This document shows, piece after piece, positions 35,055 to 44,480 of a stretch of DNA of 52,600 nucleotides. The stretch's first letter is position 1. Each line of letters opens with the position of its first letter. The stretch lies in the IMG/VR virus record IMGVR_UViG_3300009537_000015, positions 1-52,600 of that record, one strand, 5' to 3'. Under the pieces are notes generated by a model. The model was not told where the DNA came from. It saw only the letters and a program-made list of their open reading frames with translations, and made no database searches. The translations under genes were made by a program, and so were the position numbers. The stretch comes from a virus (Duplodnaviria > Caudoviricetes).

Positions 35055-35341
35055 GTGTTTTAAAAACGTATGAGGTCGCGGTTGGTTATATTCAAAACGG
35101 CAAGTTTGGCATGGCGTTGCCATTGTTACAGGATTGCGTCGGGCAGGACCCGAGATTTGGTGAGGCGTGGCTTGAATTGCACAACATCGCTGCACAGGCG
35201 GGGAATTTCCCCGAGGCTTTGGCGTGCTTGGAGAAATGGTGTAACTGTCCCGTGACGCCGAATTCATTAGACGCCGTTCCCAGAGTTCGCGCTCAAATGG
35301 AAGATTACCGAAACAAGATAAACCCAAAAGAAAAGAAGTGA
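35051..35341 (+). CDS. TPR protein
   Basis: A..LL..CV..DP.F.EAW.EL...A...GNF.EA...LEK TPR pattern. Confidence 0.7.
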   Translation: MSVLKTYEVAVGYIQNGKFGMALPLLQDCVGQDPRFGEAWLELHNIAAQAGNFPEALACLEKWCNCPVTPNSLDAVPRVRAQMEDYRNKINPKEKK

Positions 35342-36264
35342 TTGAGGTTTCATGCATCATCCCGGCGAAGGACAGAAACGATCCGAAGTTAAAAGATCTG
35401 ATCGACTCGATCAAAGACCAGACGTATCCCCAGAACAAGATAGAGATTCTGGTGATAACGGAGGGAGACTCGGAGGAAGCGAAGGCAATCGGTATCAGAC
35501 GTGCGCTAGGGTCGGTTGTCCTAATGTTGTGCGCGGACAATTTTTTGGACAGGTCTTATGTCTCACGCGCAATGGAATTGTTCGCGTCAAACCCGAAGAT
35601 TACTGGTGTATATAGTAAACATTATGCATACTTACGCAGTGATATATCTCTTAATCGCTACTTTGCTCTCGTGGGTAATAACGATCCTATATGTGGTGCC
35701 CTTGGGAAACAAGACAGGCTCAGCTATGTGGATTATGATGAGTCTTTTAACTACGACATTGTTGATTTTCCTGACAGTGTTCCGAGTTTAGGATGCAACG
35801 GCTTTTTTTATCGACGCGACCATATTATTCAAAGCGACCTGGATCATTACTATCCTATGGACAACGCCGAGGATCTGCGTCGTCTGGGTATGCACAAATA
35901 CGCAAGAATATCAATCCCCGTGTGGCATCGAACAAGCGACACCCTGATAAGTTTTCTTTGGAAGAGGTATAAGTATGCAAGAGACCTTTATTGTGACAGA
36001 AGCGATAGACGGTGGGACATACTTGAGGATAACGGGGGCAGACAACGGTTATTATTATTCGTATTCGGTACCATTACAATTGCCCCGTGTTTATTTTTCT
36101 CAATTAGAGGATTTAGAAGAGTCCGAGATTTTGCCTGGTTTTGGCACTGGCCGGTCTCGGTTGGGTTTCTTCTAACTTATGGAGCGTTAACATTAAGAAA
36201 CATCCTGAAGTTTCAATTATTATTCCGACGTACGGACGCCCGAAAAGCCTCAAGCGTTGTTTAG
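35338..36264 (+). CDS. glycosyltransferase family 2 with C-terminal TM segments
   Basis: VSCIIPAKD, L.DSI.DQTYP, CADN (DxD-like), hydrophobic C-terminus. Confidence 0.85.
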   Translation: MIEVSCIIPAKDRNDPKLKDLIDSIKDQTYPQNKIEILVITEGDSEEAKAIGIRRALGSVVLMLCADNFLDRSYVSRAMELFASNPKITGVYSKHYAYLRSDISLNRYFALVGNNDPICGALGKQDRLSYVDYDESFNYDIVDFPDSVPSLGCNGFFYRRDHIIQSDLDHYYPMDNAEDLRRLGMHKYARISIPVWHRTSDTLISFLWKRYKYARDLYCDRSDRRWDILEDNGGRQRLLLFVFGTITIAPCLFFSIRGFRRVRDFAWFWHWPVSVGFLLTYGALTLRNILKFQLLFRRTDARKASSVV

Positions 36265-36986
36265 ACAGCATAAAGGATCAAACCTTTAAAGACTATGAAA
36301 TTATCAAAGTCACAGAAAAGGGACCGCTGGCTCGAATCCGAAATATGGGGGCGTCCAGAGCAAATGGATGGATCATGGTTTTTATTGACGACGACACCTT
36401 CTGCGATCCTAGATGGCTCGAGTCAATTGTCTGGACTTTCAGATCTAAACCACACGTTGGAGGTGTATCAGGTCCTGCAATCACGCTCCCAGAGTATCGA
36501 GCTAAACGGGACATTTTCCGTTATTCGCGGCTCAAAAGAATATATGATTTCCTTTTTCTTGAAGGACAGCAACATATTCCTGGCCATATTACAAAAGCGG
36601 GCACTTGGACTACTGGAGCGTGTGATGAGGATTGTGACTATGATGGTCCCGTGGAATACCTCGAAGCTTGCAATATGGCGTTCAGATCGTCAATCTTTAA
36701 AAAACTAGGAGGTTTTGATGAAACGTATAAAGGCGTTGGGGACTGGTCGGAACCAGACCTTGCATTTAGAGTTCGCGAAACTGGATCGGGGTTATGGTTT
36801 AACAGAAATGCTTCGTTATATCACGAGCCCTCTACCTCAGGAGCCTTCAAAAAAAGAAAAGCCGATGCCTGGAACAGATACAAAAACTACTTAATATTCT
36901 CAAAACGCTGGGTGAAGCCTCATTGGAGACACACCCTATTTAAAATGTTTATGTGGACTTACTATGCGATTGCGACCATTAAATAA
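36141..36986 (+). CDS. glycosyltransferase family 2 (true start may be near 36192)
   Basis: VSIIIPTYGR, RNMGA, FIDDD, GGFDE, E.DLAFR. Confidence 0.9.
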   Translation: MALAGLGWVSSNLWSVNIKKHPEVSIIIPTYGRPKSLKRCLDSIKDQTFKDYEIIKVTEKGPLARIRNMGASRANGWIMVFIDDDTFCDPRWLESIVWTFRSKPHVGGVSGPAITLPEYRAKRDIFRYSRLKRIYDFLFLEGQQHIPGHITKAGTWTTGACDEDCDYDGPVEYLEACNMAFRSSIFKKLGGFDETYKGVGDWSEPDLAFRVRETGSGLWFNRNASLYHEPSTSGAFKKRKADAWNRYKNYLIFSKRWVKPHWRHTLFKMFMWTYYAIATIK

Positions 36987-37245
36987 CGTAATGTTAATCA
37001 CGGCTGAATATAAACAGACCGTTAAGACTGACTTGATTGCCCTACCCGAGAAAAACTCTGAAACGAAACGTTCTCCGTTTGCAACTGTCTTGGCCGTAGG
37101 GCCTCAAGTCAGTCAGTTCAAACCAGGGGACAGAATCATTTGGGAGACAGACAGGGACCAGAAAGAAGTTCCGATCATTCAGGACAACGCGAAGGTCCGA
37201 CTAATTTATGATAACTACGTAGTGGCTACGGTAGAAGATGATTAA
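36964..37245 (+). CDS. groES: GroES-like co-chaperonin
   Basis: LRPLNN.MLI, I.LPE, ATVLAVGP, KPGDRII, ending VVA.VE. Confidence 0.75.
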   Translation: MRLRPLNNVMLITAEYKQTVKTDLIALPEKNSETKRSPFATVLAVGPQVSQFKPGDRIIWETDRDQKEVPIIQDNAKVRLIYDNYVVATVEDD

Positions 37246-37468
37246 AACCGCCGCAGCGTTCATTCAAAACGCGATTACGCCCTTGGCAGATAAGACCTAC
37301 GAAATGATCCAATATCTCGAAAAACACGGGGTCGAGGTAGACAGGAATAGTATTCGTAGTGCTTATTACACCGTTGTCACAAGCTTGCTGACAATGATGG
37401 TTGTCAAGGGTGTAATTGCTATAATTATCACGGTACTTATATGTCTGACAGCTTTACAGGTGCTTTAG
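37238..37468 (+). CDS. small membrane protein
   Basis: hydrophobic C-terminal helix; overlaps neighbours. Confidence 0.55.
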   Translation: MIKTAAAFIQNAITPLADKTYEMIQYLEKHGVEVDRNSIRSAYYTVVTSLLTMMVVKGVIAIIITVLICLTALQVL

Positions 37469-38121
37469 ATGAAGTCACAATCGTCATCCCATCAAAAGAC
37501 GAGGACCCGAAACACATCGAAGAAATCCTCGCGCTCCCGTGCGAAGTCATCGTCGTCAAGGATAAAAGATACGGTGAGGCCATCAAAGAAGGAATGCAGA
37601 GAGCAAGCAATCAAATTATACTCACTTGTGATGCAGATGGACAACATACCGCCGGCGAGATTGTTAAATTGTGTCGGGCGTACAGACTCTTCGGCTGTGA
37701 CCTACTTGTTGGAGAGCGAAGGACAAAAAGAACCGCGATTCGATTTCTTGCGAGTTTGGGATTCAATCTTCTCGCTAGCGCTTTTGCTGGTCGGTGGGTT
37801 GTGGATCTTAATTCTGGCTTACGGATTTTTCGACGTTCCGTTGCAATGGGGTACGAACCCATTTTATGCGATGACTTTTCTTTTACAACAAGCTTGGCCA
37901 TGTCTTTCCTGGCAGATGGGTATTCTGTAGAATGGTTCCCGATAAAAGTCGATCAGAGAAAGAGTGGGAAAAGCCATATTCGCCCCCTGAAGGACTCTCT
38001 AACTACGATACATTATATTGTACGCGTGGGGTTGGCGCTACGGACACGTCGAATTCGGCAGATTTGGAGAAACATGAAATCTCGGTGGTTATCCCGAACC
38101 ACGAAGAACCGGGGGGTCTGA
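37441..38121 (+). CDS. GT2, DPM1/GtrB-like polyprenyl-phosphate glycosyltransferase
   Basis: YGEAIKEG, CDADGQH, DLNSGLRIFRR, FSFTT, R.SGKSHI. Confidence 0.85.
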   Translation: MSDSFTGALDEVTIVIPSKDEDPKHIEEILALPCEVIVVKDKRYGEAIKEGMQRASNQIILTCDADGQHTAGEIVKLCRAYRLFGCDLLVGERRTKRTAIRFLASLGFNLLASAFAGRWVVDLNSGLRIFRRSVAMGYEPILCDDFSFTTSLAMSFLADGYSVEWFPIKVDQRKSGKSHIRPLKDSLTTIHYIVRVGLALRTRRIRQIWRNMKSRWLSRTTKNRGV

Positions 38122-38702
38122 CCATCCACGCCAGGGTTCACAATCAGTTGGCTAGGGACACTCGTGTTGGGGACTTTGAGGTGATCACGGCTTTCGACAT
38201 CAGGGGCGAAGGTTATGGTTTCACTCTCAAGCGCGGGATTAGTTTATGTAAACATGATTGGGTTTTCATTATTGACTCTGACGGTTCCTATAACCCATCT
38301 GATCTCCCGCGTCTTATCGACGAACTTCCATACTGTGATATGGTAGTAGCTGAGAGACGCGGGGCGGTCACGGCGAGCGGGCCCGTCCGAAGTTTCGGAA
38401 GGTTTTTAATCAAGAAATATGCACAGCTCAGGACGGGGTTTCCCATCCGTGATATCAATTCTGGATTCCGAGCCTTTAAACGTTCGCTGTTTGAAAGATA
38501 CAAAAGGTTCTTGTCTGACAAGTTTTCGTTTACGACATCTATTACTTTGCTTGGGTTTTTTGAGGGCGTTCGCATTCTGTATACGCCCGTTTTTTACAAA
38601 TCCCGTGAGGGGTCATCTCATCTAAAACCATTGGAATTTTTTAACTTCATCTTAACAATTGAGAGAATTATATGGACGAGATCCAGACTCAAGACAGGGT
38701 AA
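38064..38702 (+). CDS. GT2, DPM1/GtrB-like polyprenyl-phosphate glycosyltransferase (paralog)
   Basis: GYGFTLKRG, IDSDGSY, DINSGFRAFKR, FSFTT, REGSSHL; TTG start assumed. Confidence 0.85.
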   Translation: MEKHEISVVIPNHEEPGGLTIHARVHNQLARDTRVGDFEVITAFDIRGEGYGFTLKRGISLCKHDWVFIIDSDGSYNPSDLPRLIDELPYCDMVVAERRGAVTASGPVRSFGRFLIKKYAQLRTGFPIRDINSGFRAFKRSLFERYKRFLSDKFSFTTSITLLGFFEGVRILYTPVFYKSREGSSHLKPLEFFNFILTIERIIWTRSRLKTG

Positions 38703-39382
38703 GCGAGTTTTACAAGAAGCGCCACACTGGCGTGGGATTTCTTTGGCACGCCAGAGTAACCTGCGATATGTTGGCGGGCTGTAAGTTCAGGGATGGCAGA
38801 ACGTCTGATAAAATATTAGATGTGGGTTGTGGCACAGGATTTTTGTCCCAATTGTTTCCAAACTTTGACATAACCGGGGTTGACATTTCTGACGGAATGT
38901 TGGCTAAAAACCCGTATAAATGGGTGAAAGGAAGTGTTTATGAACTGCCGTTTGACAGTAATAGCTTTGATTGGGTTGTTAGTCGCGGGATGTTACACCA
39001 CCTCGAAGACCCCCGCAAAGGGATGCGCGAAATGTCCCGTGTTCTCCGTCCAGGAGGAAGGTTTGTCTGTTATGAGACAAACTGGTCATTTCTCAACTCA
39101 ATCCCGAGATACCTGGCTACGTTCACTGGCCGATTTAGCAGACAACACAAAAACTTCAAAATAAAAAAGCTTGAGGGGATTGTGTCTAAACACCTTCAAA
39201 TATACGATAAAAGATTTTATGGTTATTTAAGCGTCCCGCTTCTTGGTTTCCCAGACATATTGGATCTAAAAATCCCGATTGGTCTTGGGGAATTTATCAT
39301 GCGCTTGGATAGTCTTATCAGCAAATCTCCGTTGAGGGGTTTGGCATTTAACTCAATGATTAAGGCGGTAAAGACGGTATGA
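38672..39382 (+). CDS. class I SAM-dependent methyltransferase
   Basis: ILDVGCGTG, GVDIS, LPF..NSFD, LHHL, RVLRPGG. Confidence 0.92.
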   Translation: MDEIQTQDRVSEFYKKRHTGVGFLWHARVTCDMLAGCKFRDGRTSDKILDVGCGTGFLSQLFPNFDITGVDISDGMLAKNPYKWVKGSVYELPFDSNSFDWVVSRGMLHHLEDPRKGMREMSRVLRPGGRFVCYETNWSFLNSIPRYLATFTGRFSRQHKNFKIKKLEGIVSKHLQIYDKRFYGYLSVPLLGFPDILDLKIPIGLGEFIMRLDSLISKSPLRGLAFNSMIKAVKTV

Positions 39383-40968
39383 GTTCATTACATGGAGATA
39401 GAGAGATAACCCGCACCGGCGACGGCGTTTTAACCATCGGAAAAGAGATTGGTTTTGACACGTCCAAGATGACGGACTACGGTTTTAAAAAGGGCCCAAA
39501 GGACTTAAAAGTGATGCTGATAAATCCCCCCGTCAGCTTCGATACTTTTTACGGAGAGTGGGACATGAGCGACGTAAAGTCCTCCTCTCCGCCTTTGGGT
39601 ATTTTGAGTTTAGCTGGGATGATTAGGGAGTATGGATATGAGGTGGATGTGGTTGATGCCCATGCCGACTCGTTAACTTTAGAAGATGTTAGGGACAGGA
39701 TCTTGGAGAGTCAACCCGACGTGGTTGGGTTAACCGCGATGACCGTTATGATCTCTGCGGCCGCAGCCATTCTAAAAATAGCTAAAGAAGAAGGTAAAAT
39801 CACAATCTTGGGAGGTGTTCATGTCACAGCGGAACCAATCAGAACTCTACAACGCTACCCTTTTATTGACTTCGCTGTTATCGGAGAGGGAGAAGTCGTG
39901 TTTACTGAATTTCTTGAAAAACTTGGTGACGGACAAGGCAAAGAGACAGAGATTCTGTCACTGGCTCATAGAAAAGGAGGGGAGATAGTTGTTAATTCTC
40001 GCCGAAATTTCTTCAAGGATTTGGATGAGTTTCCTCCTCCCGCTTTCGATCTCGTACCTAATCTGTTTAATCATTACCGCCTCTCTGTGTTTAAGAGTAA
40101 AAAATTTAAATCCGTCGGTCTCGTTACATCACGCGGTTGTACAGGAAAGTGTACGTTTTGCGATCTTGGTGTTGTTGGGCGTGGCTACAGGTCACACAGC
40201 GCAGACTATCTTATTCGACTAATGAAAGATTTGTACAACAATTACGGAGTGACGGATTTCCTGTTTTATGATGATCTTTTCGTCGGTAGCCGACCGCGTT
40301 TAAAAGAGGTTTGTGACATCATTATCAAGGAGAACCTTCCGTTCACTTGGAACTGTTGTGCCCGTGTAGACTTCATGCACACTGACATGTTAGATCTAAT
40401 GAAAAAGGCGGGATGTTGGTTAATTGAGTACGGCATTGAATCGGGGAACCAGAGAATCATGGACAGTATGCGAAAAAATATAAGCAAGGAGAAAATCCGT
40501 GAAGTTATTGAGGCTACTGACAAGGCGGGGATTGTAACTAAAGGAAACTTCATATTTGCTAATCTTGGCGAAACGCATGACAGTATTATGGACTCCATTG
40601 AGTTTGCTAGGTCTATGCCGTTGACCTATTTTCAGCACACGTTCTTATCCCCGCTTCCGGGCTCTGAGATCTATGAAACCGCGTCTAAATACGGAACATT
40701 CGATCCCGAGTGGGATTCCATGAACACTTTTCAGATAAACTTCGTCCCACATGGTTTCACTAAGGCTGACCTAGTTAGATATTCGAGGATTGCGTGGTGG
40801 CGTTTTTACATGCGCCCCAAAGTGTGGTTGCGCGAACTAAAAAAACTTGGCGGCAAAGACGATTACAAGAGGTTGTGGCTTGCGATCAAGGCGTTTTTCA
40901 AAAGCACCCTTTTCAGGAAGAAACTCCCCGAATTTGTTATCCGTGAGAAAGAATTGGCACAACATTGA
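39379..40968 (+). CDS. cobalamin-binding radical SAM enzyme (class B)
   Basis: PPLGILSLA, PDVVGLT and GGVHVT B12-domain motifs; SRGCTGKCTFC; GIESG. Confidence 0.92.
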   Translation: MSSLHGDREITRTGDGVLTIGKEIGFDTSKMTDYGFKKGPKDLKVMLINPPVSFDTFYGEWDMSDVKSSSPPLGILSLAGMIREYGYEVDVVDAHADSLTLEDVRDRILESQPDVVGLTAMTVMISAAAAILKIAKEEGKITILGGVHVTAEPIRTLQRYPFIDFAVIGEGEVVFTEFLEKLGDGQGKETEILSLAHRKGGEIVVNSRRNFFKDLDEFPPPAFDLVPNLFNHYRLSVFKSKKFKSVGLVTSRGCTGKCTFCDLGVVGRGYRSHSADYLIRLMKDLYNNYGVTDFLFYDDLFVGSRPRLKEVCDIIIKENLPFTWNCCARVDFMHTDMLDLMKKAGCWLIEYGIESGNQRIMDSMRKNISKEKIREVIEATDKAGIVTKGNFIFANLGETHDSIMDSIEFARSMPLTYFQHTFLSPLPGSEIYETASKYGTFDPEWDSMNTFQINFVPHGFTKADLVRYSRIAWWRFYMRPKVWLRELKKLGGKDDYKRLWLAIKAFFKSTLFRKKLPEFVIREKELAQH

Positions 40969-42290
40969 GTGAACGTATATTATTTGTCAACCCTCCGTCA
41001 CCTGATGGCCAAATATACATCAGGGACACGAATAGGTCAGGGCGACTCAGCCGTGAGCGCACGATTTGGCCTCAAACAAGTCTGGCTATGTTAGCTGCCG
41101 TTTTCCCTGATGATGATGTGAAGATAATTGATTGTATCGCGGAGGAAATAACCTACAAACAGTTATTTAAAATGATGGAAGATTTCCGCCCGACGTGGGT
41201 GGTGTTTAACCCGATCAGTTCCACTATTTATCACGATATGATAGTCGCTCATTACGGTAAGGCGCTTGGCGCTAAAACAGCTTGTATAAGTCCCCACACT
41301 AAAGTATTCAAAGAGGAGAGCCATGACAGATTCCCGGCGCTTGATCACAGTGTTGAATATACTAAAGGAGGTACGGAACCAGAATTTAGACTTAGAAGCA
41401 TCATCAAAGGAATTCCTGAAGATGGGACACGATTCGAGGACATCCCGCCTGCTCGCCAGGATCTATTACCGATACACAAATACAGTCTCCCATTTATTGG
41501 AAAATCTTATACATTCGTTATCATCTCTCGAGGCTGTGCGTGGGCATGTATCTACTGTCGAGCCACCGTCCAAAACGAACGAATGCCACGATTTAGACCT
41601 GTTGATACGGTCATTAGAGAGATTAAGCAGTACGGACTTAGAAACATAGCCTTTCATTCGGACACCGCCACGATGAACAGAAAGTGGATGATGGAATTTT
41701 GCAAAAAGGTTCCCAAGGGGACTCGTTGGATCTGCAACAGTAGGGTTGACACGGTGGACCCTGAGATGCTTCGCGCCATGAAAAAGGCGGGATGTTGGAT
41801 GATTGTTTATGGTTGTGAGTCTGGGAATAACGAAGTATTAAAACTAAACAAGAAGGAGACAACAGTTGAAAGAGCCGAATACGCAGTCAGAATCGCAAGA
41901 GAGTCAGGACTTAGAGTCTGGGGATATTTCATGCTCGGTATGCTTGGAGATTCAGAACGATCAATGGGTGAGACAATCGAATTTGCGAAAAGCGGGGGCT
42001 TCGACATTGTTAACTTCGCTATTGCCGCTCCTTATCCAGGGACCGAGTTCCACGCAATTGTTAAAGAAAATGGATGGCTTATGGACGAAAGGTGGGAGTC
42101 TTTCGATCAGAATTACTCCGCGCAAGTCCAGACACGAACCTTCGATAGAGGAACTGTCAGGTTAATGCAGAGAAAGGCTTATAGGCAGTGGTATTTGTCT
42201 TGGCGTGGGTTTAGGTTCTTGTTGTGGGGGTTTAGGCCCGAGCATCTAATGTTTTTTATTAAGACAGCCATTAATCATTTGAGGATTTAG
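40965..42290 (+). CDS. cobalamin-binding-type radical SAM enzyme (HpnJ-like N-terminus)
   Basis: ILFVNPP..R...WP..SLA.LAA, SRGCAWACIYC, GCESG, PYPGT. Confidence 0.88.
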   Translation: MSERILFVNPPSPDGQIYIRDTNRSGRLSRERTIWPQTSLAMLAAVFPDDDVKIIDCIAEEITYKQLFKMMEDFRPTWVVFNPISSTIYHDMIVAHYGKALGAKTACISPHTKVFKEESHDRFPALDHSVEYTKGGTEPEFRLRSIIKGIPEDGTRFEDIPPARQDLLPIHKYSLPFIGKSYTFVIISRGCAWACIYCRATVQNERMPRFRPVDTVIREIKQYGLRNIAFHSDTATMNRKWMMEFCKKVPKGTRWICNSRVDTVDPEMLRAMKKAGCWMIVYGCESGNNEVLKLNKKETTVERAEYAVRIARESGLRVWGYFMLGMLGDSERSMGETIEFAKSGGFDIVNFAIAAPYPGTEFHAIVKENGWLMDERWESFDQNYSAQVQTRTFDRGTVRLMQRKAYRQWYLSWRGFRFLLWGFRPEHLMFFIKTAINHLRI

Positions 42291-42291
42291 T

Positions 42292-42657
42292 ATGCCAGCA
42301 CGCTCTAAAGAAATGAATAGGATTCATGGGGCAACCTACAGGAAAAAACATAGGGCGAGGTTGCTTGAGAAGGATCGCCAACGGTCACGCGAATCGAGAA
42401 AAAAGATTATAGAACTTCTCGGGGGTGAATGCGTGGGTTGTGGATTTTCAGACCCTCGGGCGTTACAAATTGACCACGTTAATGGGGACGGTTATAAAGA
42501 GAGGCGGCGGACCCCAGGAAAAACGACGCCAGGATCTAAAACATATCTTAAGAGGGTTATTAAATCTCTGGAAAGCGGCGAAAACAGATTTCAATTACTT
42601 TGTGCAAACTGCAACTGGATTAAAAGATACGAAAACAATGAACACGGTAAAAGATGA
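42292..42657 (+). CDS. HNH endonuclease
   Basis: CVGCG...LQIDHVNG...LLCANCN. Confidence 0.85.
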   Translation: MPARSKEMNRIHGATYRKKHRARLLEKDRQRSRESRKKIIELLGGECVGCGFSDPRALQIDHVNGDGYKERRRTPGKTTPGSKTYLKRVIKSLESGENRFQLLCANCNWIKRYENNEHGKR

Positions 42658-43568
42658 GGAGTTGGACCCTTTATGCAGAACAGGCGAAAAAAATCGCGGC
42701 AAAAGCCCCTTGGATCTATAAAACAGCCGCCCAGCTCTACGCGAGGACTGACGGGGGCTTCCCTCGCCACCTTTTTATCGAAACTACGGCGAAATGCAAC
42801 TTATCTTGTGTCTACTGCCCCCGCGAGAAAAACGACGACCATATGGACTTTAGACTTTTCAAGGCTATCGTCGATGAGGCAACACATTACGGCCCAAGAT
42901 CTTTTTCTCTGCATCTCTTCGGTGAGCCATTGTTATACCCCCAAATTATTGAAGCTATTAGGTATATCAAAAGCAAAAACAAGAAACACGTCATCCTCCT
43001 CACGACCAACGGATGTCTCCTCAACCACTACGTCGGGGACCTCGTCAAATACGGAGTTGATGAAATTATCTGGTCGTGGCGCAAGGAAGCGAAGTTCAAA
43101 GAGTCAACGCTGGACGCACTACGTTCAAGCACCCGCTTCGGTAATACTGTGTTCAGGGTCAGAATCCTCAAAGAAGAAACGCCCCAAGAAGAAATCGAAA
43201 GGTGGAAAACGTGGCCCAAAGTCGAAATAAGAAATCTTCATTCGTATGGATCGGCCATTGACATATCTAAGTGGGGCGTTGAGAACCCCAAGGAGCGCCG
43301 TTGGCCTTGTTATCACCCGTTCTACGCGCCAGCGGTTGCTTGGAATGGTGAAATATTAATCTGTTGTGCTGACCCTCACAGGGAAAGCAAGTTGGGAACT
43401 TTCCCAGAAACAAGTATTGCCAAAGCATGGTCTGGTGATAAGATAGAGCAAATACGAAAGGAGCATAAAGATGGCGAATACAACAGCATCTGTAAAGGGT
43501 GTACGGTCTGGAAGTCCTACCCAAACACGTTCTTCGGTTCTGAACATTTCTGCAAAACGGCTAACTAA
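42654..43568 (+). CDS. radical SAM / SPASM(twitch) domain protein
   Basis: [16 protein letters not shown]; C-terminal C..P...GE...CC...CKGC. Confidence 0.9.
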   Translation: MRSWTLYAEQAKKIAAKAPWIYKTAAQLYARTDGGFPRHLFIETTAKCNLSCVYCPREKNDDHMDFRLFKAIVDEATHYGPRSFSLHLFGEPLLYPQIIEAIRYIKSKNKKHVILLTTNGCLLNHYVGDLVKYGVDEIIWSWRKEAKFKESTLDALRSSTRFGNTVFRVRILKEETPQEEIERWKTWPKVEIRNLHSYGSAIDISKWGVENPKERRWPCYHPFYAPAVAWNGEILICCADPHRESKLGTFPETSIAKAWSGDKIEQIRKEHKDGEYNSICKGCTVWKSYPNTFFGSEHFCKTAN

Positions 43569-43917
43569 ATTCCACCGGAGCTACAAGCGTGGAAGTGGCT
43601 GTTGGGAATGGCAAGCGGCGAAAAGTGACAACGGTCATGGCGGCCATTACGGGGTCTTTAACCTTGAGGGCCATCAATGTTATGCCCACCGCATTATGTG
43701 GGCGATCTATAACAACGCGTCCCCGAAGGGGTTAGAGGTCTGTCATACGTGCGACAACCCGCCGTGTGTCAACCCGAAGCACCTATTCACGGGTACGCAT
43801 AAGGAGAACTTCCAAGACGCTAAGCGCAAGGGAAGAATGGCATCTGGCAAACGACACGGCACGAAGACAAAGCCTGGAAGCTTTAAGCGGGTTAAGGGAA
43901 AATTTGCAAAGAAATGA
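43471..43917 (+). CDS. HNH homing endonuclease (start uncertain)
   Basis: [29 protein letters not shown]. Confidence 0.9.
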   Translation: MANTTASVKGVRSGSPTQTRSSVLNISAKRLTKFHRSYKRGSGCWEWQAAKSDNGHGGHYGVFNLEGHQCYAHRIMWAIYNNASPKGLEVCHTCDNPPCVNPKHLFTGTHKENFQDAKRKGRMASGKRHGTKTKPGSFKRVKGKFAKK

Positions 43918-44480
43918 GTAACTGGACAGCCTATTGGAACGACGTAAGTAAGGCGCCGATTGAACGACTTGTTCAGTGGTGGAAGGAAAGGTTTGGATAT
44001 TCAAGATTTACCAGATACGTTCCTCATAAATCAAAGGTTTTAGAAGTCGGTTCCGGCAAGGGGGTCGTCTCCCGACTCTTACGTAATTGCGATGTCGTCA
44101 CAAGCGACATTGACCCTGAATGCGGGGCTGACTTTACTTTTGACACAAAGAAGATCCCGTTCTCAAACAAGTCTTTTGATGTTGTGATGTCAACGGGTCT
44201 TTTGGAGCATTTCGAGGATTGGGAATGTGTTGGGATTATTAGGGAACAGTTACGTGTTGGTAAGACGGTGATATTTAATGTTCCTGAGAGGTCGCGGTGG
44301 TGGCCTTTGTTGTGGGGTGTTAGACGATTGTTTGGAGCTAAGCTAGATTTACATTTTAATTTAAAAAACGCATCAGAAATGCGTCAGTTTCTTCGAGATA
44401 GCGGAATCAAGGGAATTGTTAGCCGAGAGGTGTTTGGGGTTTTTCCCTATCTTGTCGTAAAATGCAATGGTTTGTCTTAA
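43914..44480 (+). CDS. class I SAM-dependent methyltransferase
   Basis: [23 protein letters not shown]. Confidence 0.88.
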   Translation: MSNWTAYWNDVSKAPIERLVQWWKERFGYSRFTRYVPHKSKVLEVGSGKGVVSRLLRNCDVVTSDIDPECGADFTFDTKKIPFSNKSFDVVMSTGLLEHFEDWECVGIIREQLRVGKTVIFNVPERSRWWPLLWGVRRLFGAKLDLHFNLKNASEMRQFLRDSGIKGIVSREVFGVFPYLVVKCNGLS

